DNA from: Ruminiclostridium sp.
Lineage (GTDB): Bacteria > Bacillota > Clostridia > Oscillospirales > Oscillospiraceae
Length of the DNA stretch: 50,640 bases
Direction of reading: 5' to 3'
NCBI GenBank assembly: GCA_017547425.1
Contig: JAFYPT010000139.1
Coordinates: forward strand, 1 to 50,640
Shown here: piece by piece, positions 37,439 to 46,560 of the stretch
Layout: each line of letters begins with the position of its first letter
Numbering within the stretch: position 1 is the first letter of the stretch
Made by a program: the position numbers and the translations under genes
Notes under the pieces: generated by a model
The model's database searches: none
What the model was told of the DNA's origin: nothing
What the model saw: the letters and a program-made list of their open reading frames with translations, nothing else

Positions 37439-37768
37439 TCAAAAACTGGTTCGGTACAGAGGTATCACATTGATGACCGGTTCCTCATAGGGATGAACCT
37501 CCTTGACGGCCGCCACCGTCTTGTCAACGTTCTCTGTTTTGCAGGTGACCTCCACCTTCAGCTCCGGTTCCGAGCTGATCTCACCCTGGGTCCCCAGGTA
37601 AGGTGTGGTCCCGTCCAAAGGCCTCCAGCAACCCATGACCGGGCTATAGGACAGGCAGCAGTCATAGTTTCCGATGTGTCCGGCATCCACTTCCCACAAA
37701 GCTTTCTGCAGAACTGACAGGTGGGTTTCCGGGATAAAAATCTCCAGCTTGCAGTAGGTAAAGTCCAT
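37439..37768 (-). CDS. Stand-alone YqfO/NIF3-insertion (PII/CutA-like) domain protein
   Basis: KLEIFIP, AGHIGNYD.C, G.WRP..G..PY.G and VHPYEEP motifs. Confidence 0.85.
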   Translation of the reverse strand: MDFTYCKLEIFIPETHLSVLQKALWEVDAGHIGNYDCCLSYSPVMGCWRPLDGTTPYLGTQGEISSEPELKVEVTCKTENVDKTVAAVKEVHPYEEPVINVIPLYRTSF

Positions 37769-37907
37769 GATGATCTCTCCTTAGGCTTCAATATCTGTAT
37801 GATAGCACAGAACTCCAGTTCAAACAAGAAATTCTCTTCCCACCTGACTGCTTGATGGAATCAGGTGGATTTTGGGCTTATACAGATAACCAAGACAAAA
37901 ACCCCCA

Positions 37908-37956
37908 CAGTGTCATGACATTGCTATTTACAATTGAATATAGTTGTGTTATAATA
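37908..37956 (+). promoter_or_regulatory. Sigma-A promoter with TGT-N4-ACA palindrome (NiaR-like operator candidate)
   Basis: CAGTGTCATGACATTG at 37908-37923 (perfect core TGTCATGACA); TTTACA(37927)-17-TATAAT(37950) with a TG extension. Confidence 0.6.
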
Positions 37957-37988
37957 CCCTCGCTCAAGGAAAGGAGCTGACCCACCTA

Positions 37989-38504
37989 ATGAAAAAATTA
38001 CTGGTTGTTGTAGATATGCAGGAGGACTTTATCTCCGGCGCCCTCGGCACCAAGGAAGCCGAATCCATCGTCCCCGCAGTGGTAGAAAAAATCGCCTCTT
38101 TCGATGGTGATGTGGTCTATACCAGGGACACCCACACCGAGGAGTATCTCAACACGGCAGAAGGAAAAAAACTCCCCGTGGTGCACTGCGTCAAAGACAC
38201 CCAGGGCTGGCAGATCCATCCAGAAGTTTGGAAAGCCGGCCAGGGTAAGACGGTAACCGTCATTGATAAGCCCACCTTTGGCTCCGTGGAGCTGGCTGAC
38301 TTTGCCGAATCCAAGGGATATGATGCCATTGAGCTCATCGGTCTGTGCACCGACATTTGTGTCATCTCCAACGCTCTATGCCTGAAGGCCCGTCTGTGGG
38401 AGACCCCCATCGCAGTATGCAAGGACTGTTGCGCCGGTGTCACCCCTGCAAGTCACGATAATGCCCTGGCTGCCATGACCATGTGCCAGATCGATATTCT
38501 CTGA
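37989..38504 (+). CDS. pncA: Nicotinamidase/pyrazinamidase-like cysteine hydrolase (isochorismatase family)
   Basis: VVDMQ.DF (catalytic D), TRDTH and HC (metal ligands), DK, GLCTDICV (catalytic C). Confidence 0.75.
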   Translation: MKKLLVVVDMQEDFISGALGTKEAESIVPAVVEKIASFDGDVVYTRDTHTEEYLNTAEGKKLPVVHCVKDTQGWQIHPEVWKAGQGKTVTVIDKPTFGSVELADFAESKGYDAIELIGLCTDICVISNALCLKARLWETPIAVCKDCCAGVTPASHDNALAAMTMCQIDIL

Positions 38505-38534
38505 CAATTATTATTTTAAAAGGAGCATATTATC

Positions 38535-39680
38535 ATGAAATTCAACGCATCCAAGAAAATCATGTCCGCCGCACTGGCTGCAGTCATGATGCTGGGCCTG
38601 TGCAGCTGCGGCGGCGGGGCCGAAACCACCGAAGATCCCGCCACTGATTCCTCCAAGCCCTACGCCGGTCACACCCTGTATGTAGCCAACTGGCAGGGCT
38701 ACAACTCCGACGAGGACTATTGCGAGAAGGCCTTTGAGGATGCCACCGGCTGCACCGTGGAGCACGTTTATTTCAACTCCTACGAAGAGTTGATGACCAC
38801 CCTGATGACCGGCGGCAACCAGACCATCGATGCTGTGGTTCTGTCCAACAACTACACCCAGTGGTTCCACGAGGAAGGCCTCATCATGAACGTGGATCCC
38901 GCCCTGATCCCCAACTACGAGCTGGTGGCCGACGTCTACAAGGACCTAGCCCCCTACGCTGTGGATGAGGAGGGCAACCTCTTCGCCTTCCCCTGGTGCA
39001 ACGGCACTTCCTCCATCGCCTACAACCCCGACTATGTGGACTTCGAGATCGAGCACTGGACCGACCTGCTGGATCCCCGCCTGACCGGTCATGTCATGGT
39101 CCTCAACGGCGACGGTGACGACTGGGTCATCGGCTGCCTGCTGGCCGGTGAGGATTCCGACGACATCGAAAACGCGGACATCGAGAAGGTCCGCACTGCT
39201 CTCATGGAGCTGAAGGGCCAGCTGCTGGGCTTCTGGGCCAGCAACGACGAGCAAATCATGCCCTGGCTGGCCGGTGACTTCTGGGCTGGTGAGATCTGGT
39301 CCGGTCCCTACAGCGAACTGATCAACAACCCCAACACCAACATCAAGCTGGTCCACCCCGAGGAAGGCACCGTGGGCTACATCGACTACTGGTCCATCGT
39401 GGAGGGCACCGACGAATTCGACCTGGCCTGCGAGTGGATCAACTGGATCGAAAGCACCGAGCAGCAGACCGCCATGGCCACCGGTATCAGCGAAGTTTAT
39501 CCTGGTGAGTACTTTACCTATACCCCCGTCAATGCTGACGCCATCAACAACCTGTCCGACGAGCAGAAGGTCGCTCTGCAGCTGGACCCCATGCCCACCA
39601 CCATCAAGCTGCTGCCTTACATTGCTGATCCCGATCTGAAGGACCAGTGGACTGACCTGTATCAGGAGTTTGTCAGCTGA
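38535..39680 (+). CDS. ABC transporter substrate-binding lipoprotein, PotD/PotF-like
   Basis: Lipobox LCSC; NWQGY, FE..TG, IAYN, W.DLLDP.L.G, WSG and P.EG..G..D motifs; very acidic. Confidence 0.85.
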   Translation: MKFNASKKIMSAALAAVMMLGLCSCGGGAETTEDPATDSSKPYAGHTLYVANWQGYNSDEDYCEKAFEDATGCTVEHVYFNSYEELMTTLMTGGNQTIDAVVLSNNYTQWFHEEGLIMNVDPALIPNYELVADVYKDLAPYAVDEEGNLFAFPWCNGTSSIAYNPDYVDFEIEHWTDLLDPRLTGHVMVLNGDGDDWVIGCLLAGEDSDDIENADIEKVRTALMELKGQLLGFWASNDEQIMPWLAGDFWAGEIWSGPYSELINNPNTNIKLVHPEEGTVGYIDYWSIVEGTDEFDLACEWINWIESTEQQTAMATGISEVYPGEYFTYTPVNADAINNLSDEQKVALQLDPMPTTIKLLPYIADPDLKDQWTDLYQEFVS

Positions 39681-39721
39681 CCATAAAAGGAATCGGCTGC
39701 AAGCTTTCGCACATGCGTTCT

Positions 39722-39762
39722 GAAAGAATGCCGCCGGAATCCTTTCGGCGGCATTCTTTTTT
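39722..39762 (+). terminator. Intercistronic hairpin/terminator after the binding-protein gene
   Basis: GAAAGAATGCCGCCGG...TCGGCGGCATTCTTTTTT; a common way of giving excess binding protein in ABC operons. Confidence 0.7.
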
Positions 39763-39782
39763 CAAATATGCGAGGATATCAA

Positions 39783-40661
39783 ATGAAGACTCATACAAAG
39801 AAACCATTTAACCCTGTTGCCCTGTGGACCTCTCCCAGCATCGTGATGCTGCTGTGCCTGACCATTGTTCCGCTACTCATGCTGCTGGTCTTCAGCTTTA
39901 TGGACCGGAACATCTTCGCCGGACAGCCCTGGCCGGGCTGGACCCTGGACAACATCATCCGCATGGTGGGGTCCGACACCTTCTGGCGGCTGCTGGGCAA
40001 GTCCCTGCTGACAGCAGCGGAGGTCACGCTGCTGTGTATTGTGGCCGCTTACCCTGCTGCCTGGGCCATTGCCAAGGTGGTCAAGCCCCAGAACCGCAGC
40101 ATCTTTATGATGGTGGTCATCCTGCCGTTCTTTACCTCTCAGCTGCTGCTGATTTACGCCATGATGAACCTGATTCAGTCCGGCGGCCTGCTGCTGACCA
40201 TGCTGGAAGCCATTGGGATCCAGGGGGAAACCTGGCTCTACACCAACAAGGCCACCATCCTGGTCCTCACCTATGAGTACCTGCCCTATATGATTCTGTG
40301 CCTGTATTCTTCCCTGGAAGGGATCGAGGACAACCTGATCTATGCATCCCTGATCCTGGGGGCCAGCAAGGGAAAGACTTTTACCAACATCGTCTTCCCT
40401 ATGAGCCTGCCCGGTCTTCTCTCCGGCATCCTGCTGGTTTTCGTGCCCGTGGCCGGCAGCTTCATGGAGCCCGGCCTGGTGGGTGGCGCCAACGGTGCCA
40501 TGGTGGGCAGCATGATCGACACCCAGTACTCCGGTTCTCTGAACATGGGTTACGGCGCAGCCCTGTCCTGCACCCTTCTCATCGTCTTGAGCGTAATCAT
40601 GGGCCTGACCCGTCTGGCGGCAGCCAGAGCTGAGAAAACCATCGGAGGTGATATGGAATGA
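39783..40661 (+). CDS. ABC transporter permease (PotB-like)
   Basis: AYPAA, YEYLPYMIL, EAA-like loop (LIYASLILGA), PMSLPG. Confidence 0.9.
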   Translation: MKTHTKKPFNPVALWTSPSIVMLLCLTIVPLLMLLVFSFMDRNIFAGQPWPGWTLDNIIRMVGSDTFWRLLGKSLLTAAEVTLLCIVAAYPAAWAIAKVVKPQNRSIFMMVVILPFFTSQLLLIYAMMNLIQSGGLLLTMLEAIGIQGETWLYTNKATILVLTYEYLPYMILCLYSSLEGIEDNLIYASLILGASKGKTFTNIVFPMSLPGLLSGILLVFVPVAGSFMEPGLVGGANGAMVGSMIDTQYSGSLNMGYGAALSCTLLIVLSVIMGLTRLAAARAEKTIGGDME

Positions 40662-41482
40662 AGTCCAAAGGATTTAACACGGTGATGATGGTCTGTCTGT
40701 GGATTGTCCTGGCTTTTATGTACATCCCCATCATTGCCATCATTGGCATGTCCTTCAACGCCACACCCTACGGCATGTTCCCCTATGTTTTCACCACCGA
40801 CTGGTATGTGACACTGTTTACCACCAGCAATCTGCTGCCTGCCTGCTGGTACAGCCTAAAGTTTGCCTTCTGCGTGACCCTGGCGGCGGTGGTGATCGGC
40901 ACCATGACCTCCTTCGGCCTTCAGGCCTACGCACCCAAGTGGGCCAACCGCTTTAACTTCGTGCTGCAGCTGCCCATCATCATTCCCTGGCTGGTGACCG
41001 GTATCTCCCTGCTGCTGCTCTTCTCCTTCCTGGGATCCGGTCGCAGTGAGTTCTCCATGTTCCTGGGTAACCTCATCGTGGTGTTGCCCTATGTGGTTTT
41101 GCTGGTCAACGGACGGTTCCTGTCCATGGACCGGAATCCGGAGTCCGCTGCCCGTCTTTTGGGTGCAAAACCGGCCCGGGTGTTCTTCGACATCACCCTC
41201 CCCGCCATCGCCCCCGGTATCCTGGCCGGCGGCATCATGGCCATGATCATGTGCTTCAACAATTTCGTGGTGCAGTACTACCTGATCCCCATCGGGGTCC
41301 AGACCCTGCCCACCCTGGTGTTTACCCGCATCCGCAGCGGCTATCAGGCCGACCTGAACGCCCTATCCGCCATCATCGTGTTGGTTTCCGTGGTCATTGT
41401 CATCGCGTTGTCTAAGCTGGGCTTTTCTGCCGGCGGACTGTTCGGGATGTCTTCCGGTTCCACATCGAAAAAAGGAGAGTAA
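40658..41482 (+). CDS. ABC transporter permease (PotC-like)
   Basis: YIPI...SFN, FTTDWY, ESAARLLGA, TLP motifs. Confidence 0.9.
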   Translation: MKSKGFNTVMMVCLWIVLAFMYIPIIAIIGMSFNATPYGMFPYVFTTDWYVTLFTTSNLLPACWYSLKFAFCVTLAAVVIGTMTSFGLQAYAPKWANRFNFVLQLPIIIPWLVTGISLLLLFSFLGSGRSEFSMFLGNLIVVLPYVVLLVNGRFLSMDRNPESAARLLGAKPARVFFDITLPAIAPGILAGGIMAMIMCFNNFVVQYYLIPIGVQTLPTLVFTRIRSGYQADLNALSAIIVLVSVVIVIALSKLGFSAGGLFGMSSGSTSKKGE

Positions 41483-41485
41483 ATT

Positions 41486-42538
41486 ATGGCAGAACTTGCT
41501 GTGAAAAATCTGAAAAAGACCTTTGACGGAGAGGAAGTGCTCAAGGGGGTCAGCTTTACGGTGGAGAGCGGGAAGTTCCTCTCCCTGCTGGGCCCTTCCG
41601 GCTGCGGCAAGAGCACCATCCTCCGCATCATCTGCGGTCTGGAGACCCCGGATTCCGGCGAGGTGCTGGTGGATGGGGTGGACGTGACCAAAGTCCGTCC
41701 CGAAAAGCGGAACATCGGCCTTGTGTTCCAGAACTATGCCCTCTTCCCTTCCATGAACGTGGCCAAAAACGTGGGCTATGGCCTGAAAATGCAGAAGGTA
41801 CCAGAGAAAGAGATCCATGAGCGGGTCCAGGAGGCCCTGGAGCTGGTGAAGCTTCCCGGCTACGGATCCCGCCGCATCAACCAGCTCTCCGGCGGTGAGC
41901 AGCAGCGCATCGCTCTGGCAAGAGCTCTGGTGACTCGTCCCAACATTCTGCTGCTGGACGAGCCCCTCTCCGCCCTGGACCGGAAGGTCCGAGCGGAAAT
42001 GCAGTATGAGATCCGCAACATCCAGCGGAAAATCGGCACCACCACCGTCTTTGTGACCCACGACCAGGAGGAGGCTCTGACCATGTCGGACCAGATCATC
42101 CTGATGAACAAGGGCTGTATCGAGCAGGTGGGTGACCCCTATTCCATTTACAGCCGTCCTGCTTCCGAATTTGCCTCGGACTTCCTGGGTAAGGCAAACC
42201 TGATCTCCGGCACCCTGTGCTGTGACCAGGGGAACTGGTATCTGGTGGACGGGGAGATCCGCATCGCCATCAACCACTGTGGCGGTCAAGAGGGCGATCC
42301 GGTCAAGGCTGCCGTGCGCGGAGAGTATTTTGAATTCTGCAGCCCGGAAAATCAGGGAGCCAATCCCTTCCACCTACAGAAAAAGATTTTCACCGGTCTC
42401 AGCTGGAAGCTCATCGGTACCCTTGGCAAGCAGCCTGTGGACATCTCTGCCCTGGGAATCAGCGCCGACCACCTGGAAGAGGGGGCAAATGTCTATGTGC
42501 GGATCCGTCCCGAAAATGTGGTGTATTATAACAGATGA
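41486..42538 (+). CDS. ABC transporter ATP-binding protein (PotA-like, TOBE domain)
   Basis: GPSGCGKS, VFQNYALFP, LSGGEQQR, LLLDEP, VTHDQEEA. Confidence 0.95.
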   Translation: MAELAVKNLKKTFDGEEVLKGVSFTVESGKFLSLLGPSGCGKSTILRIICGLETPDSGEVLVDGVDVTKVRPEKRNIGLVFQNYALFPSMNVAKNVGYGLKMQKVPEKEIHERVQEALELVKLPGYGSRRINQLSGGEQQRIALARALVTRPNILLLDEPLSALDRKVRAEMQYEIRNIQRKIGTTTVFVTHDQEEALTMSDQIILMNKGCIEQVGDPYSIYSRPASEFASDFLGKANLISGTLCCDQGNWYLVDGEIRIAINHCGGQEGDPVKAAVRGEYFEFCSPENQGANPFHLQKKIFTGLSWKLIGTLGKQPVDISALGISADHLEEGANVYVRIRPENVVYYNR

Positions 42539-43494
42539 TGAATCAAAACGAGAATAAAAACCTACGCCGCTTCCTCATAGACACGGACACCGGCTCGGAC
42601 GATGTCTGGGCAGTCATTGAGGCCTTGCGTGCAACGGAGGTGGCCCGGGTGGAAGCCATCACCGTGGTTTGCGGCAACCTCCCTCTGGACCTGTGCGTGA
42701 AGAACGCCATGCTGGCGGTGGATGCCGCCGGGACCTACGCTCCGCCGGTCTACCGTGGCATGGAGCACCCTCTGTGTAATCCCGTGGACTTCTATGCCCC
42801 CGAGGTACACGGAGAAGACGGCCTGGGAGGGATGAACCTGCCCCCCTCCCCCCGTCCTGTGGAGAGCAAGCACGCTGTGGATGCCATCATCGATTTGGTG
42901 ATGGCCAACCCGGGTGAGATCGAGATCGTCACCTGCGGTCCCCTGACCAATCTGGCCGTTGCCCTCCAAAAGGAGGAGAAGCTGGCGGATAACATCAAAA
43001 AGGTTTGGATCCTGGGCGGTTCTGCCAGCGGCACGGGGAATATGACCCCCTATGCGGAGTACAACGTCTATGTGGATCCCGAAGCGGCAGACATCGTGCT
43101 CCAGGCCGGTATGGATACCCTTTGGGTCACCTGGGATAGCGCCGTGGGAGACACGGAGATCACCCCGGAGGAGCTGGCAGCCATGCAGGACAGCGAGGCT
43201 TCGGCTGCCCTATTCTGCGCCCGATGCAGCCGCACTTTGCGGGAATACTACCGGGAGACCTACGGCAGAGAATCCTTTGCCGTCATTGACAGCATGGTCA
43301 TGACCGCCGCCCTCTTCCCTGAGATCATGGAGGGGACCTTCCAGGCCGGCTGTACCATTGAACTGACTCAGGGCGAGAAACGTGGCTGTTTCAGCATGGA
43401 ACCCGAAGCCCAACCAAACGCAACCATTTGTCCGGCAGTCCACGTGGAGGACTTCAAAAGAAACCTCTTCGCCCTCCTGGGTGTCGGCAGCTAA
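42535..43494 (+). CDS. Nucleoside hydrolase (IU-NH family, atypical)
   Basis: DTDTGSDD Ca2+ motif, VHGEDGLG, GPLTNLA, GNMTPYAEYNVYVDPEAA. Confidence 0.92.
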   Translation: MMNQNENKNLRRFLIDTDTGSDDVWAVIEALRATEVARVEAITVVCGNLPLDLCVKNAMLAVDAAGTYAPPVYRGMEHPLCNPVDFYAPEVHGEDGLGGMNLPPSPRPVESKHAVDAIIDLVMANPGEIEIVTCGPLTNLAVALQKEEKLADNIKKVWILGGSASGTGNMTPYAEYNVYVDPEAADIVLQAGMDTLWVTWDSAVGDTEITPEELAAMQDSEASAALFCARCSRTLREYYRETYGRESFAVIDSMVMTAALFPEIMEGTFQAGCTIELTQGEKRGCFSMEPEAQPNATICPAVHVEDFKRNLFALLGVGS

Positions 43495-43512
43495 CAATGT
43501 GGAGATGATATC

Positions 43513-44673
43513 ATGTATGATTTTAGATTTTATAATCCCGTCCGCATCCATTTCGGAAAGGATGCCCTGACCCATCTGCCGGAAGAACTGGCCTCTGTGG
43601 GCCGGAAGATTCTTCTGGTCTATGGCGGCGGTAGCATCAAGGCCAGCGGCCTCTATGACCGGGTGACTGCCATGCTGCAGGATGCCGGGAAGGAAGTCTT
43701 TGAACTGTCCGGGGTCATGCCCAATCCCAGAACCGAAAAGGTCTACGAGGGTATCAACCTGTGCAAGCAGAACGACATTGAGTTCATCCTGGCCGTCGGC
43801 GGCGGCAGCGTCATCGACTGCTCCAAGGCCATTGCGGTGGGCGCCAAGACAGAACGGGACTTCTGGCAGGCCTTCTTTGTGAACTGGGAGGAGGCCAAGG
43901 ATGCCATCCCTCTGGGCACCATCCTGACCCTTCCCGCTACCGGCAGTGAGATGGACCGGTCCTCGGTTATCACTAACTGGACCACCGGGGAGAAGAATGG
44001 GTATGACTCCGACCTGACCTATCCCATGTTTTCCATCCTGGACCCCACCCTGACCTACACCCTCCCCAGAAACCAGATCGTAAATGGCGTGGCCGATACC
44101 CTCAGCCACATCTGGGAGCTCTATTTCTCGGAACCTGACACCGAAAGTGTTACCGATGCTCTGGCAGAGGCCCTGATGCGGTCTGTGATTTCTGCCACCC
44201 GGACAGCCCTGAAGGACCCCACCGACTATGTGGCTCGTGCCAACATCATGTGGGCCAGCACCTTCGCTCTGTGCGGCATGCTGAATAACGGAAAGAAGAC
44301 CGACTGGGCCAGCCATAACATCGAGCATCCCCTGTCTGCCGTCTTTGATGTGGCCCATGGTGCCGGACTAGCTGTCGTCCACCCCAACTACATGCAGTAC
44401 TTCTGCGGCTATGCTCCCGAGCGTTACGCCCGTTATGCTGTCCAGGTGTGGGGAGTGGATCCTGCCGGAAAGAGCTCTCTGGAAGTGGCCCACGAGGGCA
44501 TTCGGTGCACCCGTGAATTCTTCAACGAAATCGGCGCTCCTGCCACCCTCACCGACCTGGGTATCCCCGAAAGTGCCATCGAGGATCTGGCCGCCCGCAC
44601 AGACCTGAGCTGCTGGGCCTACAAGGAAATGACCCGCGAGGATGTGAAGGCCATTCTGCGTATGGCCCTTTGA
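43513..44673 (+). CDS. Iron-containing alcohol dehydrogenase (butanol dehydrogenase/YqhD-like)
   Basis: YGGGSIK..G, AVGGGSVID.SK, ATGSE, metal ligands D..SH..E, H..EH, HGAGLA. Confidence 0.92.
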   Translation: MYDFRFYNPVRIHFGKDALTHLPEELASVGRKILLVYGGGSIKASGLYDRVTAMLQDAGKEVFELSGVMPNPRTEKVYEGINLCKQNDIEFILAVGGGSVIDCSKAIAVGAKTERDFWQAFFVNWEEAKDAIPLGTILTLPATGSEMDRSSVITNWTTGEKNGYDSDLTYPMFSILDPTLTYTLPRNQIVNGVADTLSHIWELYFSEPDTESVTDALAEALMRSVISATRTALKDPTDYVARANIMWASTFALCGMLNNGKKTDWASHNIEHPLSAVFDVAHGAGLAVVHPNYMQYFCGYAPERYARYAVQVWGVDPAGKSSLEVAHEGIRCTREFFNEIGAPATLTDLGIPESAIEDLAARTDLSCWAYKEMTREDVKAILRMAL

Positions 44674-44687
44674 GAGGGGAGTGTTCT

Positions 44688-45569
44688 ATGAAAAAGGACA
44701 TTGTATTGCTGGGCGGACTCCTTCTGGACCGGTACTTTTACATTGACCGCTGGCCTGCTCGTGGGCAGGACGGTTTTTTAGAGCGGGAGGAGTCCTTTGT
44801 GGGGGGCTGCTCCATCAACATGGCGGCCACCATTCACAATTTGGGTGGACGGCCCTATATCGCCACCTGCATCGGCAGCGACAAGATCGGCGGGGATATT
44901 CTGGACTATCTGGCACAGCACGGCCTTTCCCGTCGGTTGGTGGAGACCGTTTCCGACACCAGCGGAAGCTGCATCGTATTTTCCGAGCCGGAGGGTGAGC
45001 GTACCTTCCTGACCCATAAGGGGGCGGAGTGCGTGTTCACCCCCGCTTTGTCGCAGAATCTCTTGTTGACCGCGCCGGGCTGGGTGGGTGTGACCGGATA
45101 TTATCTGCTGGGAGAGAATCCAGAAAATATTATGTATTGTCTGGAGGAACTCCACCGAACTGGCACAAAATTCCTGTTCGATCCCAGTCCGATGGTTTCT
45201 GAGATCGAACAGGACATCCTGGAGCGGATGGTGAAGATCAGTGATATCCTGACCCCCAATGCGTCCGAACTGCCTCCCTTCGGTGGGGAGCGTGGGATCC
45301 TTACTCTGACAGAGGCCGGGAAAACGGTGATCCTGACCCGGGGTGCTTCTGGCGGCACCGTCTATACGGTAGCAGGATCCTTTGACTATGCCAGCGCACC
45401 TTGCACCGTGGTGGACACCACGGGTGCCGGTGACAGCTTTTCCGGTGCTCTCCTGTACGCCATGACAGAGGGATTCTCTCTGGAGCAGGGGATCGAATTG
45501 GCCGCACGATGCGCCGCAAAGACCTGTGAGATCAATGGCCCCCATGGGTTCTGGACCTTGGAGGAGTGA
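44688..45569 (+). CDS. PfkB/ribokinase-family carbohydrate kinase
   Basis: GG..IN.A, GERTF, FDP.P, PN..E and DTTGAGDSF anion-hole motif. Confidence 0.92.
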   Translation: MKKDIVLLGGLLLDRYFYIDRWPARGQDGFLEREESFVGGCSINMAATIHNLGGRPYIATCIGSDKIGGDILDYLAQHGLSRRLVETVSDTSGSCIVFSEPEGERTFLTHKGAECVFTPALSQNLLLTAPGWVGVTGYYLLGENPENIMYCLEELHRTGTKFLFDPSPMVSEIEQDILERMVKISDILTPNASELPPFGGERGILTLTEAGKTVILTRGASGGTVYTVAGSFDYASAPCTVVDTTGAGDSFSGALLYAMTEGFSLEQGIELAARCAAKTCEINGPHGFWTLEE

Positions 45570-45573
45570 GATC

Positions 45574-46560
45574 ATGTTTGACCGAGCTTACGGCGCCCTC
45601 ATTGGCGGCGCCATTGGAGATGCCATGGGCATGCCTGCCTCTTTTCTGACCCGCAGTCAAATCACAGCCAACTATGGCTACATCCGGGACTTTCTGACCC
45701 CCGAGAAGGAGGTCCAGTCCTTCCACGGAGACCTGAAGGCGGGACAGATTACCGATGACACCATGGAAAGCGTCATCGTGGGCCAGGTGCTCATCCAGTG
45801 CGGCGGATTCTCTGAGGAGGTATTCAACGCCGCCATGAAACAGTGGGCCATCGAGCAAAAGATGCTGGAGAGCACCGTCATCGGCCCCTCCACCCGCCGC
45901 TATCTCACCGCCCTCATCCAGGGGACTGACCCCAAACTGACGGCTGGACAAGGCATGACCAACGGAAGTGCCATGCGGGCGGCTCCCATCGGGATCCGCT
46001 ATCATAACCACCTGACCAAGTGTATCGAGGCCGCCGCGGCCTCCTCTCTGCCCAGCCATGGCAGCAAACCTGCGGTGGCTGCCGCCTGCGCTGTAGCTGC
46101 GGGTGTGGCTCTGGGTGTCCACGGCGGCTATTCCCCCCTGGATGTCCTTCGTGCCGCCGCCGATGCGGCTGCATATGGAGAAAAGGTGGGCGCTGAAGTC
46201 ACAGCACCTTCCGTATCCCGGCGGTTAAGACTGGTGGAGACCATCGTGGACCAGGCCGGGGAGGAAGAGATCACTGCCATCCTGGACGAGCTGGTGGCCA
46301 TTTTCGGTGCCAGCATGATGTCCTATGAATCGGTCGCCATTGCCTTCGGTGCTTTCTATGCCACGGGAGGTCACGGAGCCAACGGCGTGCTGGCGGCCAT
46401 CAACGCCGGTGACGATGCCGACACCAACGGTTCTATTTGCGGCAACCTCTGCGGAGCCTATAGTGGTGCCAGCACGTTTCCGCTCCTTTGGCGGAACCGG
46501 GTGGAAGCCACCAGCGGAATCGACTTCAAGAAAACCGCCCGCCTGCTTCTTCCTGTATGA
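45574..46560 (+). CDS. ADP-ribosylglycohydrolase (ARH/DraG family)
   Basis: GGAIGDAMG.P, TDDT, GPST, NGSAMRAAP, GDDADT Mg/Mn-binding motifs; ATG at 45574 after GGAGGAG. Confidence 0.93.
   Translation: MFDRAYGALIGGAIGDAMGMPASFLTRSQITANYGYIRDFLTPEKEVQSFHGDLKAGQITDDTMESVIVGQVLIQCGGFSEEVFNAAMKQWAIEQKMLESTVIGPSTRRYLTALIQGTDPKLTAGQGMTNGSAMRAAPIGIRYHNHLTKCIEAAAASSLPSHGSKPAVAAACAVAAGVALGVHGGYSPLDVLRAAADAAAYGEKVGAEVTAPSVSRRLRLVETIVDQAGEEEITAILDELVAIFGASMMSYESVAIAFGAFYATGGHGANGVLAAINAGDDADTNGSICGNLCGAYSGASTFPLLWRNRVEATSGIDFKKTARLLLPV

Noticed and set aside
38535-42538. Naming the ABC system potABCD (spermidine/putrescine)
   Set aside because: Family similarity only; gene order, pocket residues and neighbouring enzymes argue against assigning the substrate.
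30862-44673. gbsAB-type choline-to-betaine pathway (ALDH plus Fe-ADH)
   Set aside because: The two genes are 11 kb apart in different operons, and the ADH carries BdhA/YqhD-type motifs.
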